NCBI RefSeq assembly: GCF_006345805.1
Contig: NW_021833080.1
Location: 1-64,000, forward strand
Length of the DNA: 64,000 nt
Origin: Octopus sinensis
Taxonomy: Eukaryota
Direction of reading: 5' to 3'
The translations under genes and the position numbers were made by a program. Shown here piece after piece: positions 1 to 11,917 of this stretch (position 1 is the stretch's first letter; each line of letters starts with the position of its first letter). The notes beneath the pieces were generated by a model that saw only the letters and a program-made list of their open reading frames with translations, was not told the DNA's origin and ran no database searches.

Positions 1-387
1 CATATATATATACATATATATACACGTAGATGGGTTCGCAAGTTTACACGACTGAACGGCTGAAACCTTTCCAAATGTACGAATATAGACATACATACAC
101 TGAACACACACACACATACATATAGTATATATGTGCCTCGATAAAGACACTCTTATTTATCTTCTTACAGAAGCACGTACATTCACACTTTCTCACACGT
201 AGACCCCCCCCCCACACACACACACGCTCAAATATGCCTACACATAGAGACAGAAACCTCACTTGTGTTCTTGTGTATTGCGGAAGATATGAAACGATGA
301 TTCATTGCTTTAGTTTTTTTATGGGTGCAACACATGTTGTAGTCTCTTGTATTCTTCTTCCCTCCTGGTATTGGTTCAATAATACCG

Positions 388-968
388 CACACTTTACATT
401 TTGTTCCACATCTAGCTATGTGTAACAATGACCAACCACGAAGTTGATCTCGCACCCTTGGTACCAAACGCACATACTTTACAGAAAGCATATCAGTAGG
501 AGAGGTCCTCAATGCGGTTGGTCGACATGCTAGAAATATTAACTGAATACCTCACAAATTATACCCTGTTATCTGAAATATCGGATGCGTTACATTGGAT
601 AATGTGGTTGCTTTTTTCAAAGGGATGGCCCTGTCGTAGGCCAACCCATTGTTCTGTAAAAACACAAAGAGAAACAAAACCAAGATGGTTCACAACTGAA
701 ATACGTTTGATCTTTGGTCCGCACAATAAGGATTGACTAGGGGCTAAAAAACAACCCGAAGGAAAGATATATTAGAAATTGTAATCCAAGATGTACAGAT
801 ACGCTACGTCTGCAAGAATAAAAATAATAATAAAGAGTGAATCACACTGGAAACTTTTTTCTCACAGACCTGATTCTGATGTAGTAGAACTGACCAACTG
901 TTAATCAATAAAAATGGCAATACCCCCCAGTACATATATATATATATAATATATATATATATATTATG

Positions 969-1010
<42 letters not shown>

Positions 1011-1043
1011 TATGTATTTATATATAATATATTATATAAATTA

Positions 1044-1075
<32 letters not shown>

Positions 1076-1657
1076 TATATATAACTACATAATATATATA
1101 TATATATTATATATTATATATATTACTGGGGTATTGCCATTTTATTGATTAACAGTTGGTCAGTTCTACTACATCAGAATCAGGTCTGTGAGAAAATAGT
1201 TTCCAGTGTGATTCACTCTTTATTATTATTTTTATTCTTGCAGACGTAGCGTATCTGTACATCTTGGATTACAATTTCTAATATATCTTTCCTTCGGGTT
1301 GTTTTTTAGCCCCTAGCAATCCTTATGTGCGGACCAAAGATCAAACGTATTTCAGTTGTGAACCATCTTGGTTTTGTTTCTCTTTGTGTTTTTACAGAAC
1401 AATGGGTTGGCCTACGACAGGCCATCCCTTTGAAAAAAGCAACCACATATCCAATGTAACGCATCCGATATTTCAGATAACAGGTATAATTTGTGAGGTA
1501 TTCAGTTAATATTTCTAGCATTCGACCAACCGCATTGAGACCTCTCCTACTGATATGCTTTCTGTAAAGTATGTGCGTTTGGTACCAAGGGTGCGAGATC
1601 AACTTCGTGTTGGTCATTGTTACACATAGCTAGATGTGGAACAAAATGTAAAGTGTG
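388..1657. repeat. Inverted duplication: ~545-bp arms (388-932 and 1124-1657) around a (TA)n spacer
   Basis: Arm 2 is the reverse complement of arm 1 (e.g. CACACTTTACATTTTGTTCC at 388 vs GGAACAAAATGTAAAGTGTG ending 1657); differences are almost all 1-bp indels. Confidence 0.95.
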
Positions 1658-2579
1658 ACATATATATATAATTTTAAATTTCAAATGAGGGTGAGAAACA
1701 TGTATACGAATAATCCATTTTTTATTACTTTTCTTTTGTCTTACTCGATTACGTTTAGTTATTTTGCTAATTTTCTTGAGAACATTTCTCAGTGGTAAGA
1801 CCGTAGCGGATCTATTTCTAGCAAATGGGTGTCCACATAGTAGTTTCCCTCTAATATATATATAATATTTATATATATATATAATATAATATATATAATA
1901 CATATATATAACGTAATATATATATATATAAAAATAAGTAATTATTTAACTTTTGCATTGTATGACATTATTTTAAAATGTTCGTTTATTTTTCCTAAAA
2001 ATTGAGACAATGAATAATGGAATGAATGAATAAGAGGATTTATCGTTATTTGTTTTACGTCCATTAATTTACCTTTGTAATTTTTCTCATTCGTATCTCT
2101 ATTTCCGTGTTCTTCGTCACGCGAAAGCTAAACGTAGCATTATGGTGTACATATAAAAAAATGTGAGAAGAAAAAAATGGATAAAAAATGATCATCTAGC
2201 AGTGCTTTGGACCCTACTAGCCTTACTAGCACATGTATACCACTGGTTTTGAATCGTGCCAGTGCAATAATGTGCAAAATGTATCTAACGTTCGGCAATG
2301 AACTGAAACACTTGTAGGGATTTGAAATAAAGCCTGTTCTTTCCATCTTCCCGTATTAAATATTTTTTCTAAATACTTACAGATTTCCACATGTATATCT
2401 AATAAAAAGGTGAAGCCCTACTGTATAATAATAATATGTGGTAGCCGATACGCGAAAACACGCTGTATGGTTATTACCCCCAAAATATTAAGTAAACATA
2501 TATATGTGTGTGTTTGCAAGAGTTCTTCCTTATCGTGTGGGCCTGTATAAGTTTGTGTATATATATATTATATATATTT

Positions 2580-2930
2580 GTGAACTCACGGTCATAGGAT
2601 CGCGGTTTCGATTCCCAAACCGGGCGTTTGTGAGGTTTATTGAGCGAAAACACCTAAAAGCTCCACGAGGCTCCGGTAGGGGATGGTGGTGATCCTGCTG
2701 TACTCTTTCACCATAACTTTCTCTCACTCTACTCCCGTTTCTGTTGTACCTGTATTCAAGGGCCGGCCTTGTCACTCTCTGTGCCACGCCTGAATATCCC
2801 CGAGAACTACGTAAGGGTACACGTGTCTGTGGAGTGCTCAGCCACTTTACACGTTAATTTCACGAGCAGGCTGTTCCGTTGATTCGGATCAACCGGAGCC
2901 CTCATCGTCGTAACCGACGGAGTGCTTCCA
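2580..2930 (+). mobile_element. tRNA-derived SINE family B, 5'-truncated
   Basis: Same body as the copies at 22.3, 26.7, 39.8 and 61.0 kb; ends AACCGACGGAGTGCTTCCA. Confidence 0.9.
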
Positions 2931-3292
2931 TTATATATATTTATATACATGTGTGTGTGTACGCCTGCATTTTGTCCGGCGTGCTAACGATTCTGCCTGC
3001 TCGCTTCGTTATGCAAGCGAATAATAATATATGCATATGGTATAACTAAAAGCAAAATTCAATTGAATTTTAAGGCCTGGTCTCCATATTACAGGTCAGT
3101 AAAATTACGAAAAATCACACCTCGTCGATTTACGAAGCAGATTTATAAACAACTAATCATTGTATTCCCGTATAATCACATATTTTTCAATCATTTTACA
3201 AGAAAAAAAATACACAAGAATTTTTACTCAAAGAAAGAAGTACAGAAATAAAAAAGAATCTAGAAAAAACAAAACAAAACGAAAGAAATATA

Positions 3293-3395
3293 TTACATGA
3301 TACCACCAGGAACTGAAAACATCTTGGCAAAGAGCGCAGCTAGCTGTAGGTTCTGGTCTAGATTTTCTAATTTATCTTCGTAGATCTTGTAGATT
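3293..3395 (-). CDS. Putative terminal coding exon, copy 1 (x-IYKIYEDKLENLDQNLQLAALFAKMFSVPGGIM*), protein unidentified
   Basis: TCTCTTTTAG acceptor, 103 nt open to TAA; colinear gap-free paralog at 5947-6049 with the same length, acceptor and stop position. Confidence 0.6.
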
Positions 3396-3442
3396 CTAAA
3401 AGAGAGACTGATATTCTGACCTTATTAAATAGACTCTCTCAC

Positions 3443-3454
3443 AACATAGTTACA
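3443..3454 (-). CDS. Putative 12-nt microexon upstream of exon copy 1
   Basis: CAG|TGTAACTATGTT|GTGAGA followed by a 47-nt GT-AG intron; same layout at 6104-6115. Confidence 0.4.
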
Positions 3455-3582
3455 CTGGGTATATATATATATATTATATACGTATGATATATACATATAG
3501 ATCTGAAATATATAGTAATATATACACATTCAACAACACACACACACACACAACACAGATATTACTATTGTTATATATGTAT

Positions 3583-3627
<45 letters not shown>

Positions 3628-3689
3628 TATATTGCTATGACGTATTCGTCTGGAGGAGGAAAATGAACAGAAAATCAAAGAAATTATAG

Positions 3690-3841
3690 GAGCCGCTCTG
3701 TGGTAGGAAGCTTACTTCAAACCACATCTTCTCGGGTTCAATTCCACTGCGTGGCAACTTGAGCAAGTACTTTCTACTATAACTTCGGGCAGAACAAATC
3801 TTTGTTAGTGGATTTAGTAGACAGAACTGAAAGAAGGCCCG

Positions 3842-3845
<4 letters not shown>
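3690..3845 (+). mobile_element. Degenerate CORE-type SINE family A head
   Basis: Diverged match to the family A 5' part (..CTTGAGCAAGT..AACTGAAAGAAGGCCCGTC) ending in (TA)n. Confidence 0.75.
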
Positions 3846-3890
<45 letters not shown>

Positions 3891-3895
<5 letters not shown>

Positions 3896-3977
3896 GAAAG
3901 AATGGAGTCGAACGAAGATGTTAACAACAAAAAAGGAATTTTGTTAACATCTTCGTTCGACTCCATACTTTCATTTA
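3891..3977. repeat. Near-perfect hairpin, 37-bp arms with 1 mismatch and a 13-nt loop
   Basis: TAAATGAAAGAATGGAGTCGAACGAAGATGTTAACAA / TTGTTAACATCTTCGTTCGACTCCATACTTTCATTTA. Confidence 0.95.
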
Positions 3978-4164
3978 TTCATATACAACACACAAATTTC
4001 TGCACATGAACCCGGAGTTTCTACCCTTGATAGGTCGCTTCAACCGTGTTTCTGACGTGTATTTGCTACCCAGGTTTCGGTTAGACGAATGCCGACGATA
4101 AACATAGGATAATTCATTCACCTACTTAAATATATATATATGTATATATTTGTGTGAGCTGTAA

Positions 4165-4800
4165 TCCCAGGTTAAGATCATGTTATCCATGGTTTGTTCT
4201 CAAATCTTTTGTTATTCTTCTCGAGGCCCCTTATGCTGAAAGGCAGGATCTTGACTATGTTAACTCCTCAACTCCAGTACTTGCGGGCTTTTTTTTTTTT
4301 TTTACAATTTCGGTACATATTTTCCTTTTCATATCAACAATTACAATATCTTGCATGTTGTATTTTATTTATGTTTCGTTTTGCACTGATAAAGCTCTCA
4401 ATCTCTCGTCTTCGTTTTCAAAGAGGTGCATTTCTATTTCTCCAAAACGATCGCAGATCTTCTTTCTGCATACAAGACGAAACTTATCGCAAAAGTTCGA
4501 GCGGATTATTGCAGCAATCTTGTCGTATCTACATTTTTTTGTATCCATCCTGAGCTAATTGTAGAAAACCCAGTAATTAGCAATGCGAACCATAGTTTCC
4601 ATCCAAATCATTGCATATTCTACATTTTGGAGAAGAGTCCTGCTGATTTATTATCCTCTTGATTTAATCTAACTTCTGGGGCTTTGTCTCCGTACGGCCC
4701 CTAATCTTTCTTTGAGTCGCTTCTATATTTCTTTCTAACTATATACTACACCCTGTCTCTTTTGCCTTTTTGAAATACAGTAAAACTCTTTTCATTCAAA
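4165..4800 (-). mobile_element. Fossil RLE-type non-LTR retrotransposon (R4/Dong-like), 3' part of ORF
   Basis: Frameshifted minus-strand translation gives QQDSSPKCRICND..ETM.(H)I..QLAQDGYKK.RYDKIAAII..NFCDKF (CCHC knuckle and RHD region) then QDIVIVDMKRKIC (PD-like endonuclease motif). Confidence 0.75.
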
Positions 4801-5946
4801 ATTTGATATCCTCGTTTCTACTTATTCTCGTTTTCCTAGATTTGGTTCAGCAAATTCTAAAAATATCGAGACACAACGTGTAATAAGTAACCTTTGCTAT
4901 AGATACAGTCAAACCAACAGGCTTCTGCACAGCACCCTTCCTCCTCCCACCCTCCCACTCGCAAGAAATCGGTCGCTTCTGGTTTCAGTTACTGGTGATT
5001 GTTAAAATTCCCCACAGTGGATTGATCACAGAATTTCATATTTGGGAAGTGAACGATCTACCCTCTTAGCCATGCTTGCATCCACAGCCAGGTTTGGTAC
5101 AGCAAAATATAAAGAAACTGGTGACGGTTTGTGTCGGCAAATAATAAGTAAGGCCAATGAAAAAAAGTAAAATGTCAAAAAATTGGAATAAATTATTTTG
5201 CGTGAGAAATACTAAAAAAAAATCTGCCTTTTCGAAATATACTAGTTAATGGGGCAAAATGAATAAATTATTTTGTTAAGCATTAGGATAAAATCTTAGG
5301 GTTTCGCATAGAAACCTTTGTTAGAGCAGAGAGATTAACAACGAAGTGTTTCTTCCAAAATGTTAGATAGAGTACTCTTCATCATTTCTGCAAATAATTA
5401 TTTCCATTATTTGTGAAGATTCAGTAATACATTTGGCGTAAAAGAGATGCAAAACAAATAAACTAAAATACAAGCAAAGAATATTATTAACTTCGAGTGC
5501 AATATAAAAAAAAGCTCAGATCAATCAACAGAATTACTGTCAGAGAAACGCCAAAGTACCGACCCTGTCGATTATTTGCAGATTTAAGTAAAATCTATCA
5601 ATCAAAGAAAAACCCTTCAAATATAACCACAATTTCAATCGCAATTGGTTTTATTCGGGGGGGGGGGGCAAAGGTCAACCTGTTCATGCACACACGAGAC
5701 GAAAGGCATTAAAGCTGTGACCAACCTACCGTTGTAAGGTTATATAAGATTGTAATACTCCGTTTCTTACTCAAGACGTTTGGGTGTGATTTGAAGGAGT
5801 TTTGGTATTATTTCTCACAGGCTTAAACTAACACCAGATATAAATGTTGACCAAATCAGAAACCAACGAACCTTCCATAATAAAAAGCTAGTATAGAACT
5901 AAAGCAAAAGATATGCTAGAAATGGAAAAGAATAAAAAAAAGAGCA

Positions 5947-6049
5947 TTAAATGCCCCCAGCAAGAACTAAAATCTTTTTGGCAGAGAGCTTGGCTTTCTG
6001 CAGGCTTCGGTCTACTTTTCCTGTATTATCATTGTAAATCTTGTTAGTT
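5947..6049 (-). CDS. Putative terminal coding exon, copy 2 (x-TNKIYNDNTGKVDRSLQKAKLSAKKILVLAGGI*), protein unidentified
   Basis: GGTTTTAG acceptor, 103 nt open to TAA; about 69% nt and 13/33 aa identity to 3293-3395 without indels; AATAAA about 290 nt downstream (5651-5656). Confidence 0.6.
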
Positions 6050-6103
6050 CTAAAACCGAGCAATTGCTATTCTGATTTTATTTAAAATAGTAGACTTTCT
6101 TAC

Positions 6104-6115
6104 GAGATAGCTTCA
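6104..6115 (-). CDS. Putative 12-nt microexon upstream of exon copy 2
   Basis: TTTTCAG|TGAAGCTATCTC|GTAAGA followed by a 54-nt GT-AG intron; could alternatively be the end of a longer exon (MSSDKMKYIFSEAIS). Confidence 0.4.
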
Positions 6116-6831
6116 CTGAAAATATACTTCATTTTATCTGATGACATAGATAATACATGCGTGTGTGTATGTGAGTGTGCGTGCGTTTGCGTGCGTGTAT
6201 GTGCGACTGTGTGCGTGTGAGTTGGCTTTGGTGAGCTTATAAGGTATGAACAGTCAATTACTGCCTTGGAATAGCTAAACCTGTTAGAGAGAGAAGCGAG
6301 AGAAGGTGAGATATAGACAGAAAGAGAGAGAGAGAGAGAGAGAAAAGAGAGAGAGAGAGAGGGGGGAAAGCAATACTTTCCAGCTAGCCATAAGAAATAG
6401 ATAAAAAATATAAGAATTATTTTCTGGGGGAAAAAGTACAATGACGTCATTTTTCAACAGAACCTGATCATAATGCGAAAGAAACAGAAAAAAGTGCTCG
6501 AGAAGATCTTCGTAAAAAATTAGGCTCCAGCGAATTGAAAGGCCTCAACTGTATCGCATAGTGAATACTTATTTTTCTTTATTGAACACAAAATCGTTTT
6601 AAGAATAATTGCAAAATTCGATCAAATTTGGAAAGCTGAAAAATATAAATGGTACAAAATTCACAGCAACCTTTAGTACAACTAAAGTACCAAAAAGGGA
6701 CCAAAATCAAAAAACAGAATCAGGATTGGTGGTGCGTTCAAAACTTGGTAACGTAAATCGAGCTATGGGACATTCCCTAACAATCTATTGAGCTAGGTCT
6801 GCATGTTCTACATTCAAAGTGGTTTTTGACA

Positions 6832-7235
6832 TAGGCGCAGGAGTGGCTGTGTAGTAAGTAGCTTGCTAACCAACCACATGGTTCCGGGTTCAGTCCCACT
6901 GCGTGACATCTTGGGCAAGTGTCTTCTGCTATAGCCCCGGGCGACCAATGCCTTGTGAGTGGATTTGGTAGACGGAAACTGTCGTATATATGTATATATA
7001 TATATTTGTATGTGTGTGTATATGTTTGTGTGTCTGTGTTTGTCCCCCTAGCATTGCATGACGACCGATGCTGGTGTGTTTACGTCCCCGTCACCTAGCG
7101 GTTCGGCAAAAGAGACCGATAGAATAAGTACTGGGCTTACAAAGAATAAGTCCCAGGGTCGATTTGCTCGACTAAAGGCGGTGCTCCAGCATGGCCGCAC
7201 TCAAATGACTGAAACAAGTAAAAGAGTAAAGAGTA
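6832..7235 (+). mobile_element. CORE-type tRNA-derived SINE family A
   Basis: GGCGCAGGAGTGGCTGTG head, CTTGGGCAAGTGTCTT core-like block, internal (TA/TG)n, (AAAGAGT)n tail; more than 10 copies in the window. Confidence 0.9.
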
Positions 7236-7261
7236 TAGTCAAGGGGCTGGAAAGTGCTTGG

Positions 7262-7444
7262 CATTAAGGATGTCGGGAAAAGTATAGTTGGAGGACCAAC
7301 ATTTCATGTTCTTTTACAAGGCTGAGAAACACTATTGGACGGCTGCAAGAAGTGTATGAATCTCAGAGGGGAATGTGTTAAATAAAATCATAATCAACTG
7401 TATTTTCTTTTGCCAAACCCAGGAACGTTTCAGCACTCCTCGTA
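7262..7444 (+). mobile_element. Mariner transposon 3' end fragment
   Basis: Translates LLQG*ETLLDGCKKCMNLRGECVK* (mariner C-terminus KKC..LRGEYVE type); ends in TIR-like CAGCACTCCTCG-TA. Confidence 0.7.
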
Positions 7445-7460
7445 AACACACACACACACA

Positions 7461-7498
<38 letters not shown>

Positions 7499-7679
7499 CA
7501 CACACACACACATACACGCACACACATACATTCATACACGCATACATGCATACATATATACATGCATACATACAAAAATACCCTGTTGTTGATGTTGAAA
7601 TCCCAATGAAGGAGGCTTGGATCTAGGTTAGAAACCGGTTCTTTCTCTGTTGGCGAGAAATCTTCAAATTAACTGAATA

Positions 7680-8160
7680 AAAACATACATACATGCATGC
7701 ATACATACATACATACATGCATGCATGCATACATACATACATACATACATACATGCATGCATACATACATACATACATACATGCATGCATACATACATAC
7801 ATGCATGCATGCATACATACATACATACATACATACATACATACATACATACATGCATACATACATACATACATGCATACATGCATACATACATACATAC
7901 ATACATACATTCATACACACATGCATACATACATACATGCATACATGCATACATACATACATGCATATAAAAATACCCTGTTGTTAATGATCAAATACCG
8001 ATGAAGGAGACATTGACTAGGTTAGAAACCGTTTCATTCTCTATTGGCAAGAAATCTTGAAATAAACTGAATAAAGACATACATACATGCATGCATACAT
8101 ACATACATACATACATACTTACATACATACATACATACATACATTCATACATACATACAC
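7680..8160. repeat. (CATA/CATG)n tetranucleotide tracts with a ~105-bp flanking unit repeated at 7575 and 7970
   Basis: Direct reading of the sequence. Confidence 0.9.
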
Positions 8161-8519
8161 GATTGACTCTCCAGTCGTTAGACACCCTATGAGGGTTCGA
8201 CGATTTCTTATCGAACGATTACACAGTTGATTTGTTTATAGTGATCAAGTGTTCGTGTACACATAAGCTCCCTCCCACCCTGCATCAAATCGACATTACC
8301 TGTACAGGTGCAACGGGGGGGGGGGGCACATGTAAGATGATGGAATGACCGCAGAGCGACGTGAAATAGAATGCTTTGCTCAAGAACACAACGCAACGCC
8401 CGGTCTGGGAATCGAACCCGCGATCTCGCAGTTAGTGTAACAACCCTACACACACACACACACACAAACACACACATACATACATATAAACATGCAGGCA
8501 AATATAAATATGAAAATAT

Positions 8520-8935
8520 TGCGCGGGAGTGGCTGAGTGGTAAGTAGCTTGCTTACCAACCACATGGTTCCGGGTTCAGTCCCGCTGGGTGGCACTTTGG
8601 GCAAGTGTCGCCTACTATAGCCTCGAGCCGACCAAACTCTTGTGAGTAAATTTGGTAGACGGAACTGAAAAGAAATCCGTCGTATATTTATGTGTATATA
8701 TATATATGTTTGTGTGTGTGTAGTGTATGTTTGTGTTTCTGTGTTTGCCCCACCCACCCCAATTTGCGTCACAACCGATGCGGGTGTGTTCACATCCCCG
8801 TAACCTAGCGGTTCGGCAAAAAAAAAAAACATAAAATAAGTGCCAGGCTTACAAACAATAAATCCTGGGGTCGATTTGCTCGGCTAAAGGCGGTGCTCCA
8901 GCATGGCTGCAGTCAATTGACTGATACAGTAAAGA
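8520..8935 (+). mobile_element. SINE family A, diverged
   Basis: Homologous to 6832-7235. Confidence 0.85.
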
Positions 8936-9223
8936 GAGCATATAGAATGTACAGAGAATATATCTAATAAGCGTGCACAAATCTCAAAAGCACCAACATT
9001 TTAAAATAAGGATTTGAAAGGAAACTAATTATGTCTATCACTAAATACACAAAATAGATCACTTAGGTCGATATGTGAGCTTCTCAGTTTCAAAGATTAA
9101 TATTTTCCCAAACATAACCAAATTTCCGGATTGTTGCAAGAGAGAGGTAAACTATACTTGATGCGTTTTCAATCGATAGGAAAGCTAATGAGTGTCCGAA
9201 AAGTATCTTCTGTTAATAAATAG

Positions 9224-9622
9224 ACGCGGGAGTGGTTGTGTGGTAAGTAGCTTGTTTACCGACCACATGGTTCCAGGTTCAGTCCCACTGCGTGGCACGT
9301 TGGGCAAGTGTCTTCTACTATAGCCTCGGGCCGACCAAAGCCTTGTGAGTGGATTTGGTAGACGGAAACTGAAAGAAGCCTGTCGTATATATGTGTATAT
9401 ATATATGTATGTATGTGTGTTTGTCCCCCTAGCATTGCTTGACAACCGATGCTGGTGTGTTTACGTCCCCGTAAGTTAGCGGTTCGGCAAAAGAGACCGA
9501 TAGAATAAGTACTGGGCTTGCAAAAGAATAAGTCCCGCGGTCGAGTTGCTCGAATAAAAGCGGTGCTTCAGCATGGCCGCAGTCAAATGACTGAAACAAG
9601 TAAAAGAGTAAAAGAGTAAAGA
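9224..9622 (+). mobile_element. SINE family A
   Basis: Homologous to 6832-7235. Confidence 0.9.
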
Positions 9623-9664
9623 ATGCATTAACTATTAATACTTCTACCACTAATACTTGAGCTA

Positions 9665-9950
9665 CATGGCTTAGGGGTTAGAGCAGCGGACTCGCGGTCG
9701 ACGGATCGCGAGTTCGAATCACAGACCGGGTGATGTGTGTTTTTATGAGCGAAACACCTAAGCTCCACGCGGCTCCGGCAGAAGGTAATGACGAACTTCT
9801 GCGAGACTCTTTCGCCACAACTTTCCTCCTTCATCTTGCATTTTGCAGCTCACCTGCGACGGACCGGTGTCCCGTCCAGGTGGGGAAACAATACGCAAAG
9901 GAAATCGGGAGACCGACCCTATGAGACAGGCGTGGATCGAGAAGGAACAA
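9665..9950 (+). mobile_element. tRNA-derived SINE, family B variant
   Basis: B-like head GCAGCGGACTCGCGGTC..GTTCGAATC with a different 3' body; related minus-strand copies at 28130-28437 and 55600-55885. Confidence 0.8.
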
Positions 9951-9951
9951 A

Positions 9952-10260
9952 CAACTACTACTACTACTACAACTAATACTACCAGTACTACTTCTACTAC
10001 AACCACCACCACCACCACCATGACGACGACGACGATGACGACAATGACGACCACCAGCAGCAGCAGCACTACCACCACCACCACCACCACTACTACTACT
10101 ACTACTACTGCTACTACTGCTACTGCTGCTACTACTACTACTACTACTACTACCTCTACTACTACTACTACTACTATAATCGTCATCGTCATACTCATCA
10201 TTGTCGTCGTCGATGTCATCAGTAACACCATCGTCATTATAATTGCAATGTCACTTATTT
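9952..10260. repeat. Compound trinucleotide microsatellite (ACT/ACC/ACG/AGC)
   Basis: Direct reading. Confidence 0.95.
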
Positions 10261-10434
10261 TCAAGTTGTCCTTATCCTGTTCTTTCTACTCCTCCGTCTC
10301 CTCCGACCTCCACCTCCAGTCATCTCATCCTTCCTCGTTATCTATTCCTCTTCATCGTCACTCTTGTTATCGTGAACAACGTCTGCATCATCGTTGTAAC
10401 CATTATTGTCAAAGTAGACGTCCTGAACCGTTAC

Positions 10435-11340
10435 GGCGGCCCGGCAACATGCTTAGCCGTATTTCGTCTGCCGTTACGTTCTGAGTTCAAATTCCGCCGA
10501 GGTCGACTTTGCCTTTCATCCTTTCGGAGTCGATTAAATAATTACCAGTTACGCACTGGTGTCGATATAATATACTTAATCCGTTTGTCTGTCCTTGTTT
10601 GTCCTCTCTGTGTTTAGCCCTTTGTGGGTAGTAAAGAAATAGATATTTTGTCTGCCGCTACGTTCTGAGATCATATTCCGCCGAGGTCGACTTTGCCTTT
10701 CATCCTTTCGGAGTCGATTAAATAATTACCAGTTACGCACTGGGGTCGATATAATAGACTTAATCCGTTTGTCAGACCTTGTTTGTCCTCTCTGTGTTTA
10801 GCCCCTTGTGGATAGTAAAGAAATAGGTATTTTGTCTGCCGCTACGTTCTGAGTTCAAATTCCGCGAGGTCAACTTTGCCTTTCATACTTTCGTAGTCGA
10901 TTAAATAAGTACCAGTTACGCACTGGGGTCGATATAATCGACTTAATCCGTTTGTCTGCCCTTGTTTGTCCCTTGTTAGCCACTTTGGATGTAAGAAATG
11001 GTATTTTGTCTGCCTAATCTGAGTTCAATTCGCGAGGTCACTTTGCCTTTCATGTTCGGTCGATTAAATAGTACCAGTTACGCACGGGGTCGATATAATC
11101 GACTTAATCCGTTTTGTCTGCCCTTGTTTGTCCCCTCTGTGCGTAGCCACTTGTGGGCAGTAATGAAATGGGTCTTTTGTCTGTCTACGTGTTCTGAGTC
11201 CAAATTCCGCCGAGGTCGACTTTGCCTTTCATCCTTTCGGGGTCGATAAATTTAGTACCAGTTGCGTACTGGGGTCGATCTAATCTACTGAGCCCCTCTT
11301 CCAACATTTCGGGCCTTCTGCCTAGGGTAGAAAAGAATAT
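10435..11340 (+). mobile_element. Head-to-tail multimer (about 5 units) of Meta-domain-type SINE family C
   Basis: Repeating ~180-bp unit GTATTTCGTCTGCCG..GAGTTCAAATTCCGCCGAGGTCGACTTTGCCTTTCATCCTTTCGG..; central block resembles the MetaSINE domain (recalled). Confidence 0.85.
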
Positions 11341-11714
11341 TAGACGTCTCCGTAGTCGTCGTTAATGTCATCGCCATCTTCATCATACCGAGCACACCAT
11401 CATATTAATTATCGTCACCATTATTTGAATAATTGCTATTTATATTTCTAATGCTTTCATTTTCTTGCTATTGTTGTTGTTGTTGCTGCTGCTGGTGCTT
11501 TTGTTGCGGCTGCTGCTGCTGCTGATGTTGTGTCTGGTGTTGTTAGTATTGGCGATGGAGTCGCTGGTGGAGCTATCATTACAGTACGACCCAAATATAT
11601 ATCTTAAATACATTTCCCTACTGAGACGTTATGAACGTGTAGAACCCAGACAAGGCATTGTTAGCAAATAGACATTGGGAGAAAAATAAATAAACAACAC
11701 AAGGTCAATATACG

Positions 11715-11731
11715 CATATATATATATAATA

Positions 11732-11819
<88 letters not shown>

Positions 11820-11863
11820 GTGGTATATATATATATGTACTATATATATTATATATATATCTA

Positions 11864-11917
<54 letters not shown>

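Noticed and set aside
6441-6450. Perfect CRE palindrome ATGACGTCAT (also GTGACGTCAC near 29362)
   Set aside because: About one such 8-mer is expected by chance in 64 kb, and there is no supporting promoter evidence.
6461-6561. Plus-strand exon-like stretch (E)PDHNAKETEKSAREDLRKKLGSSELKGLNCIA*; similar isolated acceptor/donor pairs at about 29163-29270 and 43140-43240
   Set aside because: Short, with no recognisable homology and no paralog support; splice-like motifs arise often in AT-rich DNA.
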